64,000 nt of DNA, taken from the IMG/VR virus record IMGVR_UViG_3300022552_000006. One strand, written 5' to 3'. Positions within the stretch are counted from its first letter, which is position 1, and every line of letters starts with the position of its first letter. The notes under the pieces are model-generated. The model searched no databases. It saw only the letters and a list, made by a program, of their open reading frames with translations, and was not told where the DNA came from. Below are positions 51,253-60,058 of the stretch, piece by piece. This stretch comes from an uncultured virus (IMG/VR IMGVR_UViG_3300022552_000006) (Duplodnaviria > Heunggongvirae > Uroviricota > Caudoviricetes). The translations under genes and the position numbers were made by a program.

Positions 51253-53132
51253 GAAAAATGAAATTATTGATGCTGGGAACAGGTCCAACAAATCCTGTTG
51301 TGGGGAAGGGAAAGGATAATCGTAGGAATAGCTCGATGCTTCTGACCACAAGGAACGGGACAACTGTGCTTTTTGACTGCACGCCACAGTTTTATGAGCA
51401 AATGCAGACATTTGCGCCGGACACCAATAAAATCGATTATATTGTTTTCAGTCATGGTCATTCTGATGCGATTGGAGGCATACCTCAGTTAAAATACTGG
51501 TTAAAGGAAAAAAAACAAGAGAAAGCTCCGATAGCATATATGCAAAAAGAAACAGAATTTCGCATAAAAGAGCGGTTTAAGGACTTGTCTCATATGGATA
51601 TAAGAAATTTCAAGCCGTATGAAATATTGAATCTCGAACACCTTAAGATTGTACCATTTAAGGTTATTCACGCCGAAGCATTCCCTACTGGAAACAAGTT
51701 TCCTACAGTGGGCTTCAGAATCGATAACAAGATAGTTTATGCAGAAGATATGGAATCTGTTCCAGATAAATCAATACCCTATTTTGAGAAGTCTAAAATT
51801 ATTATAATAGATGCTGCAATGTGGGATGACAAAAAAATAAGGGGGCATATGAATGTAAAGCAAGCTCTTGAATTCTGCAAGAAATTCAAAACACGTGAAA
51901 TTGTTTTGACGCAAGCAGGGCACACATATCCATCATATAATAAAGCGCAGAAAGAGATTGAAAAGATTTGGTCTGATATTGGCGGCGATAAGCGAACAAG
52001 CGTTACCCTTGCTTATGATGGAATGAGTCTTATAATAGCAGACAATTTTGAAAAAGTAAATGACTATCTGATTCAGATAAAGGAAGGGATTTACCTTGTT
52101 AAGCCGCACGCCGAGATGATATGGAAAGGAAACAAGAAGTATATAGTGAAAGCAAAAAAATATATGAAGATGATTGACAAGCTTCTCTACTTTTGCGACG
52201 ATGAATATGCTTATGGTATATTGCGTCTCAAAAAGCCTTTTCTCATAAATCTTGATGAATTCAATAATTTCAAGCCGCAACACCTTATAAGCAATGAAGA
52301 AAGGAAAAAATGGTGGGGCGGGAAGCGCTTTCTGTTTATGTATCCATTTGACATAATCGAGAAGTTCAAAAAGCCGAAAAAAATAAAGGTTCTGCCCGGG
52401 ACCCAAACATTCATTAAGGATGTCCAGTTTATGAGTGAGCTTTCTGAAATAGAAATGATAGAAGATGTTAATCAGTATGATCCATCAAAAGTCAATAGCA
52501 AAGCGTTGACCAACGATTGGCGAATAGTCTTAGCTTGGTATGCGACAAAAAAGCGTGGAGGCAACCTGAAGCATTCTTTCGATACAATCATAGGGCTTGC
52601 CAAAAAGATTTACGATGAGATTGTGAAAAGAGTTGAACGGGGCGACATGAAGCATATATTCAAGCCAGAAAAAATGACTCCATACGCGAAAGAGCTGTAC
52701 AATAGAGTTAAAAATATGAAAGTTAGTGAAAATAAGGAATACACCGCCTCAATTGACGAATTAACACCTCTTGTCAGTCAGTTTAAGGAATTTAAAATCA
52801 TAAAAGATTTTATATCGTTAGTTGGTTCGAATGTAAAACGAGAGGAGGGGCACATACCCAATGACATAGATTTGCATATTCGTATGCGCACCCCTCCCGA
52901 TTATATTAGAAGAGCAATCGAAGTTAGGTTGTTAAAAATGCTACCAAATGATATAGCAAATAAAATACATTTTATCTGGGGAGATCCTGAAGGTTCGCAT
53001 GACTCGTTTGTTCCGTTATATGACCTTGCCTTAGTTAAGTCTGACAGAAAAGTTGTTGAAATGGGAGAATTGAAAATCGGGCAAGCTATTGTTATCAATG
53101 GTAAAAGAGGTATAATAAAGGAGGTTAAATGA
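51246..53132 (+). CDS. Multidomain protein: MBL-fold hydrolase (PhnP/RNase Z-like), ASCH-like domain and pol-beta-type nucleotidyltransferase-like domain
   Basis: MLGTG, FDC.P, SHGHSDA and AYDGM (MBL); GIYLVKPHAEMIWKG.K (ASCH-like); SLVGS...NDIDLHIR (NTase GS/DxD). Confidence 0.75.
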   Translation: MVRKMKLLMLGTGPTNPVVGKGKDNRRNSSMLLTTRNGTTVLFDCTPQFYEQMQTFAPDTNKIDYIVFSHGHSDAIGGIPQLKYWLKEKKQEKAPIAYMQKETEFRIKERFKDLSHMDIRNFKPYEILNLEHLKIVPFKVIHAEAFPTGNKFPTVGFRIDNKIVYAEDMESVPDKSIPYFEKSKIIIIDAAMWDDKKIRGHMNVKQALEFCKKFKTREIVLTQAGHTYPSYNKAQKEIEKIWSDIGGDKRTSVTLAYDGMSLIIADNFEKVNDYLIQIKEGIYLVKPHAEMIWKGNKKYIVKAKKYMKMIDKLLYFCDDEYAYGILRLKKPFLINLDEFNNFKPQHLISNEERKKWWGGKRFLFMYPFDIIEKFKKPKKIKVLPGTQTFIKDVQFMSELSEIEMIEDVNQYDPSKVNSKALTNDWRIVLAWYATKKRGGNLKHSFDTIIGLAKKIYDEIVKRVERGDMKHIFKPEKMTPYAKELYNRVKNMKVSENKEYTASIDELTPLVSQFKEFKIIKDFISLVGSNVKREEGHIPNDIDLHIRMRTPPDYIRRAIEVRLLKMLPNDIANKIHFIWGDPEGSHDSFVPLYDLALVKSDRKVVEMGELKIGQAIVINGKRGIIKEVK

Positions 53133-55879
53133 TGTTTCTCAATGAATATGAAAAGAAAAAAAGAGAAATATTAGCGCAACTTGATAGTTTAGAAAGTCAG
53201 CTTCAGAAAAAAGAGCTGAAGTTGGCAACGCAAGAAACTCTTTGGATAACAGCTATCGAAGATAGGCTTAAGGCAATAGAAAATAAAATTAAAAGATTAA
53301 ATGAAATTGAGAAGTATGCTATTGAACCTACTTATGTCATCGAGTTCGAAGATGGCACCACTAAAGAGCTGACGAAAAAAGAAATCGAAGTGCTTGCCGA
53401 TACGACATCGCATGATGTTGGTAGCATCCAGCCAATTATTTGGGCTGTGGGAAAAAAAGTGAAAGCCAAAGGCAAGGTTGGCGTCATAAAAAAGAAAATA
53501 AAACAAAAAGGATATATAATACAGTTTGAAGATGGAGAGACAGAAGAAGTTGACGAAAAGGAGTTGGAAGAGTCTAATATAATCCCTCTAAAGCCTTTTT
53601 TACCTTCAGAAAGCAAAGTGTATAATGGTATCGAGAGCATAATAAAAGAGCTAAATCCTAACGAGGCTAATGTTTATTTTGTTGAGGAAAGACCGAAAGG
53701 CATTCGCTTGCTTTTGCATAAGGCTGGAAAAAACATTGAACTGTTTTTATCAAACAAAGAAAATGTGACAGATAAATATCCGGATATTGTGAAGCAGGCG
53801 CCAAACCTTACTGCAGAAGACATAATCCTTGATGGTGTTCTGGTCGGCAACAAATACAAGGTGTTTGACATATTGTATTATAAGAATCAGTCTTTAGATG
53901 ACATCAGGCTTTATGAGCGCAAAAAAGTTTTGAACTTACTCGAATTTACAGAGAACATAGTTAAGTCTCCATTTGTTGTTGTCAATTCTTCGGATCAGAT
54001 GATTAAGGCAGTTAAGCTATTCAGGGCTTTGCCTACCAGTGATGGTGTTCTTATTAGGGGCTATAATTCAACATATAAGTTAGGTTTTAATCAGTTTTGG
54101 TCTGTTTTTAGTCTCGAAGCCCAGCCAAAATTGTTTAAACCATATTTGCCTATGAAGCCACATGGTTCCGCTTATTATGATTTGAAAGAATGCATAAATG
54201 ATTTACAGAACGGAAAAAAATATTCATTTGAGTTCAAGTATAATGGATTTCACGCAGTAGCTCATAAGAAAGGGGAAGAAGTGAAAATATTTTCCGAGCA
54301 GAAAAAAGACATTTCTTCGGCATTTCCAACATTAATGGAAAATATCAAAAAGCTTGCGCCTAATCATGATTTTATAGTTGATGGGGAAATTGTTCCATAC
54401 TCTCCTGAAGGAAAAGCTCTTGGTAGAGACCCTTTGATGAAATTTATCGGCGCGGTGAAATCTGGGAAAAAGCTTGATGATTCATTAATTAAAATGCATG
54501 TTTTTGATATTACATATTTTGACAAGCCAATTATAGAAAAACCGTTACATGAAAGGCAGCTTGTTCTGGATAAGCTCAAGTTCAATGACAGAGTTGAAAG
54601 GGTTTTGTATAAAATCGGTACAAAAGAGAATGCAGAAAAATTGATTAACTGGGCTACACGGCAAGATGGGAGCGAAGGTTGCGTGATAAAGGATTTGGAT
54701 TCGCCTTATGTATTTGGCGAAAAATCAAAAGCATGGATAAAGTTCAGACATCTGGTTGACATTCATGCTGTCGTGCTAAAGAAAGTCGAAAAGGAAAGGA
54801 ATTTATTCAATTACCTTGTTGGAATATATGTTTCTCAGGAGGATGCGAAAAAGCTTCATCCAGATTACATTCAAGATTTTAACGGAAAAAAAGTCTTGGT
54901 TCTTGGTCATACATTTAACACAAGTGAAGAAGTTTCTCCTGGAACAATTATAGATGTTGCCTTAGAAGATGTGTGGCGCCATACTTATCCTGAAATAAAT
55001 AAAGTCAGATATTCGATACACAAGCCAAGATTTAGGCAAACAAGACCAGACTTGAAGAAAACATCATCTATTCAAGACTTGGAAGATATTGTCACCAGCA
55101 TTGGTGAAGAAGTAATTGTGGAAAAGGAAGAGCTGAAAGAAAAATCTTGGGAAGATGTTCTCAAAAAGGGCGAAGGCGAAGGTGGAGATTTTGAAACAAG
55201 ATACGAAGCGGCAGTTAAGTTTTGGGATGCAAACTGGTATAAAAGCTTTCCAAAATCAGGCAAGGGAGTATTTATTTACCATCATCATTATAGAGGGCTG
55301 ACTGAAGACGAATCTAAGATGAGTGAAGAGGAGCTTCTTGATACGGATAACTCTGTTCATGGCGATCTCAGGTGCCAGAAAGACGACAAATCACTATGGG
55401 GGTTTACAATTTTTACTGGTAGCACAAAAGATTTGAAAAAAGCAGGTGGCTGTAGGTTGTGTGAGCTTGAAGGAAACGAAAAGATGCAAGGCACATTCAA
55501 GTTGTTAGAGCCGCTTGCGTGGGCAAAAGTTGGATTAAAAAAGCCTTATGTTTCGGAGCCAGAAGGCGTAGGCGCAACCAAAAATTACTATGCGAAATTT
55601 TTCGCAGTTGATCACGGCACCTATGATATGGGAGTTTGGAGAAAGCATAGTTTTGAAATATTTTTACATGGGAAAAAACTAAAGGGGCGTTATATAATTC
55701 AGTTCGCTCCTGTTGGTGGGCGTCGCGTCTGGCTTATTTCTCATCCGGAAGACCAGACTCCTTATGCAGATTCGCACAAGCTTGAAGATGTTATCAAAGA
55801 ATTGAAAGCGAAAAAGCAAGAATGGCTCGTCTGGGCAAAGCCCGGTGTTAAGCCTAAACTAATTCATATTGGTGATTAA
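53129..55879 (+). CDS. Multidomain ATP-dependent ligase: SH3-like repeats, degenerate ligase domain, intact ligase plus OB domain, LigD 3'-phosphoesterase-like domain
   Basis: Domain 1 EERPKG.R/LDG/VFDIL/DG lacks the adenylated Lys; domain 2 EFKYNG/VDGE/VFDI/EGCVIK/WIK; C-terminal HHH.R...HGDLR...FLHGKKLKGRY. Confidence 0.85.
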   Translation: MMFLNEYEKKKREILAQLDSLESQLQKKELKLATQETLWITAIEDRLKAIENKIKRLNEIEKYAIEPTYVIEFEDGTTKELTKKEIEVLADTTSHDVGSIQPIIWAVGKKVKAKGKVGVIKKKIKQKGYIIQFEDGETEEVDEKELEESNIIPLKPFLPSESKVYNGIESIIKELNPNEANVYFVEERPKGIRLLLHKAGKNIELFLSNKENVTDKYPDIVKQAPNLTAEDIILDGVLVGNKYKVFDILYYKNQSLDDIRLYERKKVLNLLEFTENIVKSPFVVVNSSDQMIKAVKLFRALPTSDGVLIRGYNSTYKLGFNQFWSVFSLEAQPKLFKPYLPMKPHGSAYYDLKECINDLQNGKKYSFEFKYNGFHAVAHKKGEEVKIFSEQKKDISSAFPTLMENIKKLAPNHDFIVDGEIVPYSPEGKALGRDPLMKFIGAVKSGKKLDDSLIKMHVFDITYFDKPIIEKPLHERQLVLDKLKFNDRVERVLYKIGTKENAEKLINWATRQDGSEGCVIKDLDSPYVFGEKSKAWIKFRHLVDIHAVVLKKVEKERNLFNYLVGIYVSQEDAKKLHPDYIQDFNGKKVLVLGHTFNTSEEVSPGTIIDVALEDVWRHTYPEINKVRYSIHKPRFRQTRPDLKKTSSIQDLEDIVTSIGEEVIVEKEELKEKSWEDVLKKGEGEGGDFETRYEAAVKFWDANWYKSFPKSGKGVFIYHHHYRGLTEDESKMSEEELLDTDNSVHGDLRCQKDDKSLWGFTIFTGSTKDLKKAGGCRLCELEGNEKMQGTFKLLEPLAWAKVGLKKPYVSEPEGVGATKNYYAKFFAVDHGTYDMGVWRKHSFEIFLHGKKLKGRYIIQFAPVGGRRVWLISHPEDQTPYADSHKLEDVIKELKAKKQEWLVWAKPGVKPKLIHIGD

Positions 55880-55880
55880 T

Positions 55881-56027
55881 TTGGCATATCCGCGCATCTC
55901 TATTGAAAAAATTCAGATGATAGTAGAATTGACCAAAAAAGGCGAGAGCAGAAAACAGATAGCGCGCATGGTGAAATGCAGTACATCTACTGTATATTCT
56001 TACCAGAAAGAATATGGTCTGTTATAG
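55881..56027 (+). CDS. 48-aa HTH protein (below ORF-track cutoff)
   Basis: TTG start after GGTGA; KGESRKQIARMVKCSTSTVYSY. Confidence 0.65.
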   Translation: MAYPRISIEKIQMIVELTKKGESRKQIARMVKCSTSTVYSYQKEYGLL

Positions 56028-56086
56028 TTAACACAACAAATACTTTCTTAAAAGTTTATAAATTCGAGTTTGGTTTAAAACTATCT

Positions 56087-57226
56087 ATGAAAGAAGACAA
56101 TTTACAAGAAATTTTTGAGCATCCTGTAGTACAAGAGTTAGTTAATAAAGCATATAAAGACTTGGATTCAGAGGTTAAGTTGCCATTCATTCTGAAAGAC
56201 AAAATATTGATGTCTCCTGGCGTGTGGAACAACTTTTACTACAGCCCTAAGACAATTGAAACCATTTTTAAGAAAACAAACTGGGATGATGTAAAAGTAA
56301 GGGCACTTTTTTTAGACCACATTGATGACAGGGCTGCCGAATGGATTGGAGAAGTTATGAACCCAAGACTCGAAAATGGTAATATAGTTGGAGACTTGGC
56401 AATATTAGACAAGCCGACTGCAATAAAACTGGCGTATGGCGCCAAGTTTGGAATTTCTCCAAAGGTAGTTGGAGAAGCAGACTATAACAAAAGGATGTAT
56501 GATGGATACTTCGAAAATTTCTCTGTCGTGATCAATCCCGCTGTTAAGACAACATTTCTTAACAGCGAAATAAAAATCAAAAATAAAGGAGGAGAGAATA
56601 TGCCTAAGACAAAGGAAGAAATTTTAGAAGAAGAGTCTTCTAAAGTATCTGAAGAAACACCGAAAAAAGAAGAAACACCAAAAGAAGAGCCAAAGACAGA
56701 AACCAAAGTAACTGAAAATGTCGAAGAACTTGCAGAAAAAATAGCAGAAATACTTGCAAAAAAGAAATACCCATACCCAAAAGCAGATGAAGAGCTGAAG
56801 AAAAAGAAATATCCATATCCAGAGAAAATGGAAGAAGAAATCAAAAAGCTCAAAGAAGAAATAGAAGAACTCAAAAAGAAGAAATATCCATATCCAGAGA
56901 AAATGAGTGAAACTGAGCAAGAGCTTTCAGCTTACACAGATTTTATCAAAGAATATCTCAAGAAGCATCCAGGAGCGACAATAAAGGAAGCTGCAAAAGC
57001 TTGGGGAAAGGAGCACAACGAGCTTGAGGAATCAAAGTCAAGCGTAACCGTAGAAGACTTGCAGACTCAGATAGGTGAAATAGTAACACAGAAAATGTCA
57101 GAATTTGGCGTAAAGCCAATAAGAATTGCTCAGAAGTTCATAGATCCAAATAGCGAAGCTAATATAAATGCTTCAGAACTTGATTTGGCAATGTTCAATA
57201 TGATTAAGGAGGGGATTGGAGTATGA
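56087..57226 (+). CDS. Prohead protease-scaffold fusion
   Basis: PGVWN, FLDH, FGISP and FSVV.NPAV protease-like N-half; E/K-rich C-half; TTTATAAA about 25 nt upstream of ATG 56087; immediately precedes the capsid gene. Confidence 0.8.
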   Translation: MKEDNLQEIFEHPVVQELVNKAYKDLDSEVKLPFILKDKILMSPGVWNNFYYSPKTIETIFKKTNWDDVKVRALFLDHIDDRAAEWIGEVMNPRLENGNIVGDLAILDKPTAIKLAYGAKFGISPKVVGEADYNKRMYDGYFENFSVVINPAVKTTFLNSEIKIKNKGGENMPKTKEEILEEESSKVSEETPKKEETPKEEPKTETKVTENVEELAEKIAEILAKKKYPYPKADEELKKKKYPYPEKMEEEIKKLKEEIEELKKKKYPYPEKMSETEQELSAYTDFIKEYLKKHPGATIKEAAKAWGKEHNELEESKSSVTVEDLQTQIGEIVTQKMSEFGVKPIRIAQKFIDPNSEANINASELDLAMFNMIKEGIGV

Positions 57227-58233
57227 GAACTATACAAGAGCTTGCTGATACAACCACTTCTCACAACACAGACCTTCTCGCAAAGAGATGGCTAAACACC
57301 ATAGTAGATTCAGCAAAGAAAAAGATGTTCTTTTTGGACATCGTTAGCCAGTATGATATGCCTCCAGGCACCCAGAGCATAGTAATACCTTACAGAAAAG
57401 GTTACTTTAGCACTCTTGGGACTTCAGTAACAGACACAACCACAGAAGGTAATTCAGTTACATTCACCACAATGAACAACCTTGAAGGTCTTACTTTAAC
57501 ACCTTCACCACATGCATATGGTGTAGCAATATCCAACAACGCTGTGAGAACTACAGCAGTTAACCTTATACAGGCTGCCAGAGAAGAGCTTACAGACTAT
57601 TGGGCAGATGTAGTTGACAAGGCAATTGCCGCTGCAATAAATGGAGCTCCAGTTGCAACATCATCGGCAAAAGGAGCTTCTGAATTGTTTGGTGGAGATG
57701 CTTCGTCAACATCTACATTGGAATCTGGAGATATTCTAACACCATCACTTATAGTGAAGGCCAAAAGCAGACTACAAGGTACAACGATGTATTACTGGGA
57801 CAGCGGTTCAGAATCAAAATCATCACAGAGTAAGGCACCTTGGTTCTCGGAGCCCGACAGCCCATTTGTAATGTACATAGGCCCAGAACAGGAATATGTA
57901 CTTTTGACTGATAGTCAGTTTACGAATGCGGCAGAATATGGTGGCAACGAGATTGTGCTTAACGGCGAAATAGGAAAATATCAGGGTGTTAAAATAATAA
58001 CTTCAGTAAATACCACATCAGCAACAAACTGGGGTGGTGGCAGTTTAGCTGGTCACAACTGTTACATGGTCAAGGCTCGCGTATCTGCAGCTTTAGCATG
58101 GGGACAGAGACCAAGATTGAGGATATTTGAGTATCCAAGTGACCTTGAAACCAGAATAATACTTGAACAAGCATACGCAACAGACTCTTTGCACAACGAC
58201 TCGATTTGTCATGTGAAAGTCGCTGACGAGTAA
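57223..58233 (+). CDS. Major capsid protein (HK97 fold, N4-gp56-like)
   Basis: FVMYI.P.Q...L..DSQF..A..YG and NGEIG.Y.GV.I motifs; position after the scaffold. Confidence 0.88.
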   Translation: MRTIQELADTTTSHNTDLLAKRWLNTIVDSAKKKMFFLDIVSQYDMPPGTQSIVIPYRKGYFSTLGTSVTDTTTEGNSVTFTTMNNLEGLTLTPSPHAYGVAISNNAVRTTAVNLIQAAREELTDYWADVVDKAIAAAINGAPVATSSAKGASELFGGDASSTSTLESGDILTPSLIVKAKSRLQGTTMYYWDSGSESKSSQSKAPWFSEPDSPFVMYIGPEQEYVLLTDSQFTNAAEYGGNEIVLNGEIGKYQGVKIITSVNTTSATNWGGGSLAGHNCYMVKARVSAALAWGQRPRLRIFEYPSDLETRIILEQAYATDSLHNDSICHVKVADE

Positions 58234-58267
58234 GATACTTTGAGAAGGCAAAACTTTCCAATTTTGT

Positions 58268-58376
58268 GGATTATCATTTGTTTTTTGATAATCCCGCTTT
58301 TGCTTCTTTTTTTTAAAAGAAGCAATTAAAAAAGCTTAACCGCAAGGTTCGGTCAGATATGACCGTTAAGCTTTTT
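58268..58376 (+). terminator. Triple-hairpin element after the capsid gene (terminator/stability element)
   Basis: GGATTATCA/TGATAATCC, TTGCTTCTTTT/AAAAGAAGCAA and AAAAAGCTTAAC/GTTAAGCTTTTT stems with T-tracts. Confidence 0.6.
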
Positions 58377-58384
58377 AACGAGGT

Positions 58385-58792
58385 GTGAATATGGGAAATA
58401 AATATTGGTATGGTAAGCAAAGGACAATAGAAGTTGGAATTTCTGCAGTAAATTCAGGGAGCACAGCTGAAGTTCCTGTCTTTGTTGCTCCATTCAGATG
58501 CAAAATCAAAAAGGCTTCAATAGTGCCACAGTCAGCAATAACTGGAGTCCAGACCAATAATATGGTTCTTGGATTTTATTCAAGAGGAACTGATGGAACT
58601 TCAACATCAAATATAGTCAGTCTTACATTCACTAACGGAGTTGATGCTTCAGCTTACGCAGAAAAAGATTTGGGCTCTCTTTCAAACAATGTGCTTAATC
58701 TTGCTACAGTTGTCACATTCTTCAAAGATGAAAACGGTTCTGGAATGAATATGCCAAATTTGCTTGCTAAGCTGGAAGTTGTGAGAGTTTAA
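58385..58792 (+). CDS. Putative virion structural protein (decoration-like)
   Basis: Beta-rich, follows the capsid gene. Confidence 0.45.
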   Translation: MNMGNKYWYGKQRTIEVGISAVNSGSTAEVPVFVAPFRCKIKKASIVPQSAITGVQTNNMVLGFYSRGTDGTSTSNIVSLTFTNGVDASAYAEKDLGSLSNNVLNLATVVTFFKDENGSGMNMPNLLAKLEVVRV

Positions 58793-59189
58793 AGGTGATC
58801 TCAATGGTAGGCGCCTATGGATATGTAATGAATGGCTTAGCAGCTGCTACGGCAACTAAAATTGTCACAAGGAAGAAAAAGTATACCAAATCTGAATTGA
58901 GAGCAATGAACAAAAAAGAGCAGATAGAATTGCTTAAATCTCTTGGAGTCACCGAAATACCGAGATTGGAGAAAGACAGAATAAAAAAAATAATGGAGCT
59001 TCAGTGAGGTGTTTTGAATGGCAGTAACTAAAACTGAATATGGAAACTGGTATACATTAAAAGGCACTTTAGCGGAAGTTATGGGAGCGCTTAAAGGAAA
59101 AAGCCCTGATGAAGTTAGGGCAATTGTGTTTGACAGCACAGATTATGTGGCAGTTTGTGTTCATAAAACTTAAAAAAGGAGGAATTAAA

Positions 59190-59723
59190 ATGCCAAATGA
59201 AGGTTTTGCAATGAATGACCAAGTGTCAAAACAAGTTAATAAAGCTCAAGACAGTTCGTTAAATTTTAGAGGTTGGTTTGAGATAGACCACATAAGAGAC
59301 GGGCAAGTAATAGACCACAGGGTTATCAATAACACGATAACAAATGCAGGGTTGGCAGAAGTTGCTGGACTGATAAATGCAGACCAAGCTGGATCATTAA
59401 ACGCTTTTGACTACATTGCCATAGGAACTGGCACTGGATCTGCAAGCGCAAGTGATACTCAATTGGAACATGAAATCACAAGCGGTGGCGGTTCAAGGCG
59501 TGGCGGTGCCGATGTAACTGGGACAAGAGTAACTACAAGCGTGACAAATGACACGAGCCAATGGGTAACTACATTTACATTCACCGCATCATTTGCAGTA
59601 ACTGAGAGCGGAATATTTAACCAAAGTTCTGGTGGAACTATGCTTGCAAGGCAAACATTTTCAGCAATCAATGTAACATCTGGCGATTCATTGCAAATTA
59701 CTTGGAAAGTCCAGTGTAGTTAA
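59190..59723 (+). CDS. Virion structural protein (tail/baseplate fibre N-terminal-like domain)
   Basis: NTITNAG, YIAIGTG...A.DT.L..E, VTESGIFN...G.MLAR..F..INV..GDSL.ITW motif common in tailed viruses. Confidence 0.7.
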   Translation: MPNEGFAMNDQVSKQVNKAQDSSLNFRGWFEIDHIRDGQVIDHRVINNTITNAGLAEVAGLINADQAGSLNAFDYIAIGTGTGSASASDTQLEHEITSGGGSRRGGADVTGTRVTTSVTNDTSQWVTTFTFTASFAVTESGIFNQSSGGTMLARQTFSAINVTSGDSLQITWKVQCS

Positions 59724-60058
59724 GGACTTTCCTAACGCCAATACAATGGCGTAATTGAGGCAATACAATGCAATTTGAAGTTTTTTTTAGAAATGGCATG
59801 AGGCTTGTATCCTCGAACGATTTGGTTAATTGTGTTTATAACAATTCTGATGTGGAAAAAGTCATTCTTACCAGAGGCAGCCATAAATGGATTGTTAATC
59901 TTGATTCTGATGCTAGACTTATTTTCTGGCGTGACATCAATTTTTCTTCTCCGCCGCAAACAGTCTACAACATCGGCTATCAGAAAACGATTAAAGGGAA
60001 GAATGTGAAAACAATTATGAAGATTTTTCCGGACAATAAAATCGAGCTGGTGAGCTAA

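Noticed and set aside
53101..53135. Programmed -1 frameshift fusing the MBL and ligase genes
   Set aside because: The -1 frame has TAA immediately before the ATG, there is no canonical slippery heptamer, and GGAGG plus the ATGA overlap fits translational coupling
55976..56086. N-terminal extension of the protease ORF in the track
   Set aside because: Overlaps a small HTH gene and a TATA box; ATG 56087 is the better start
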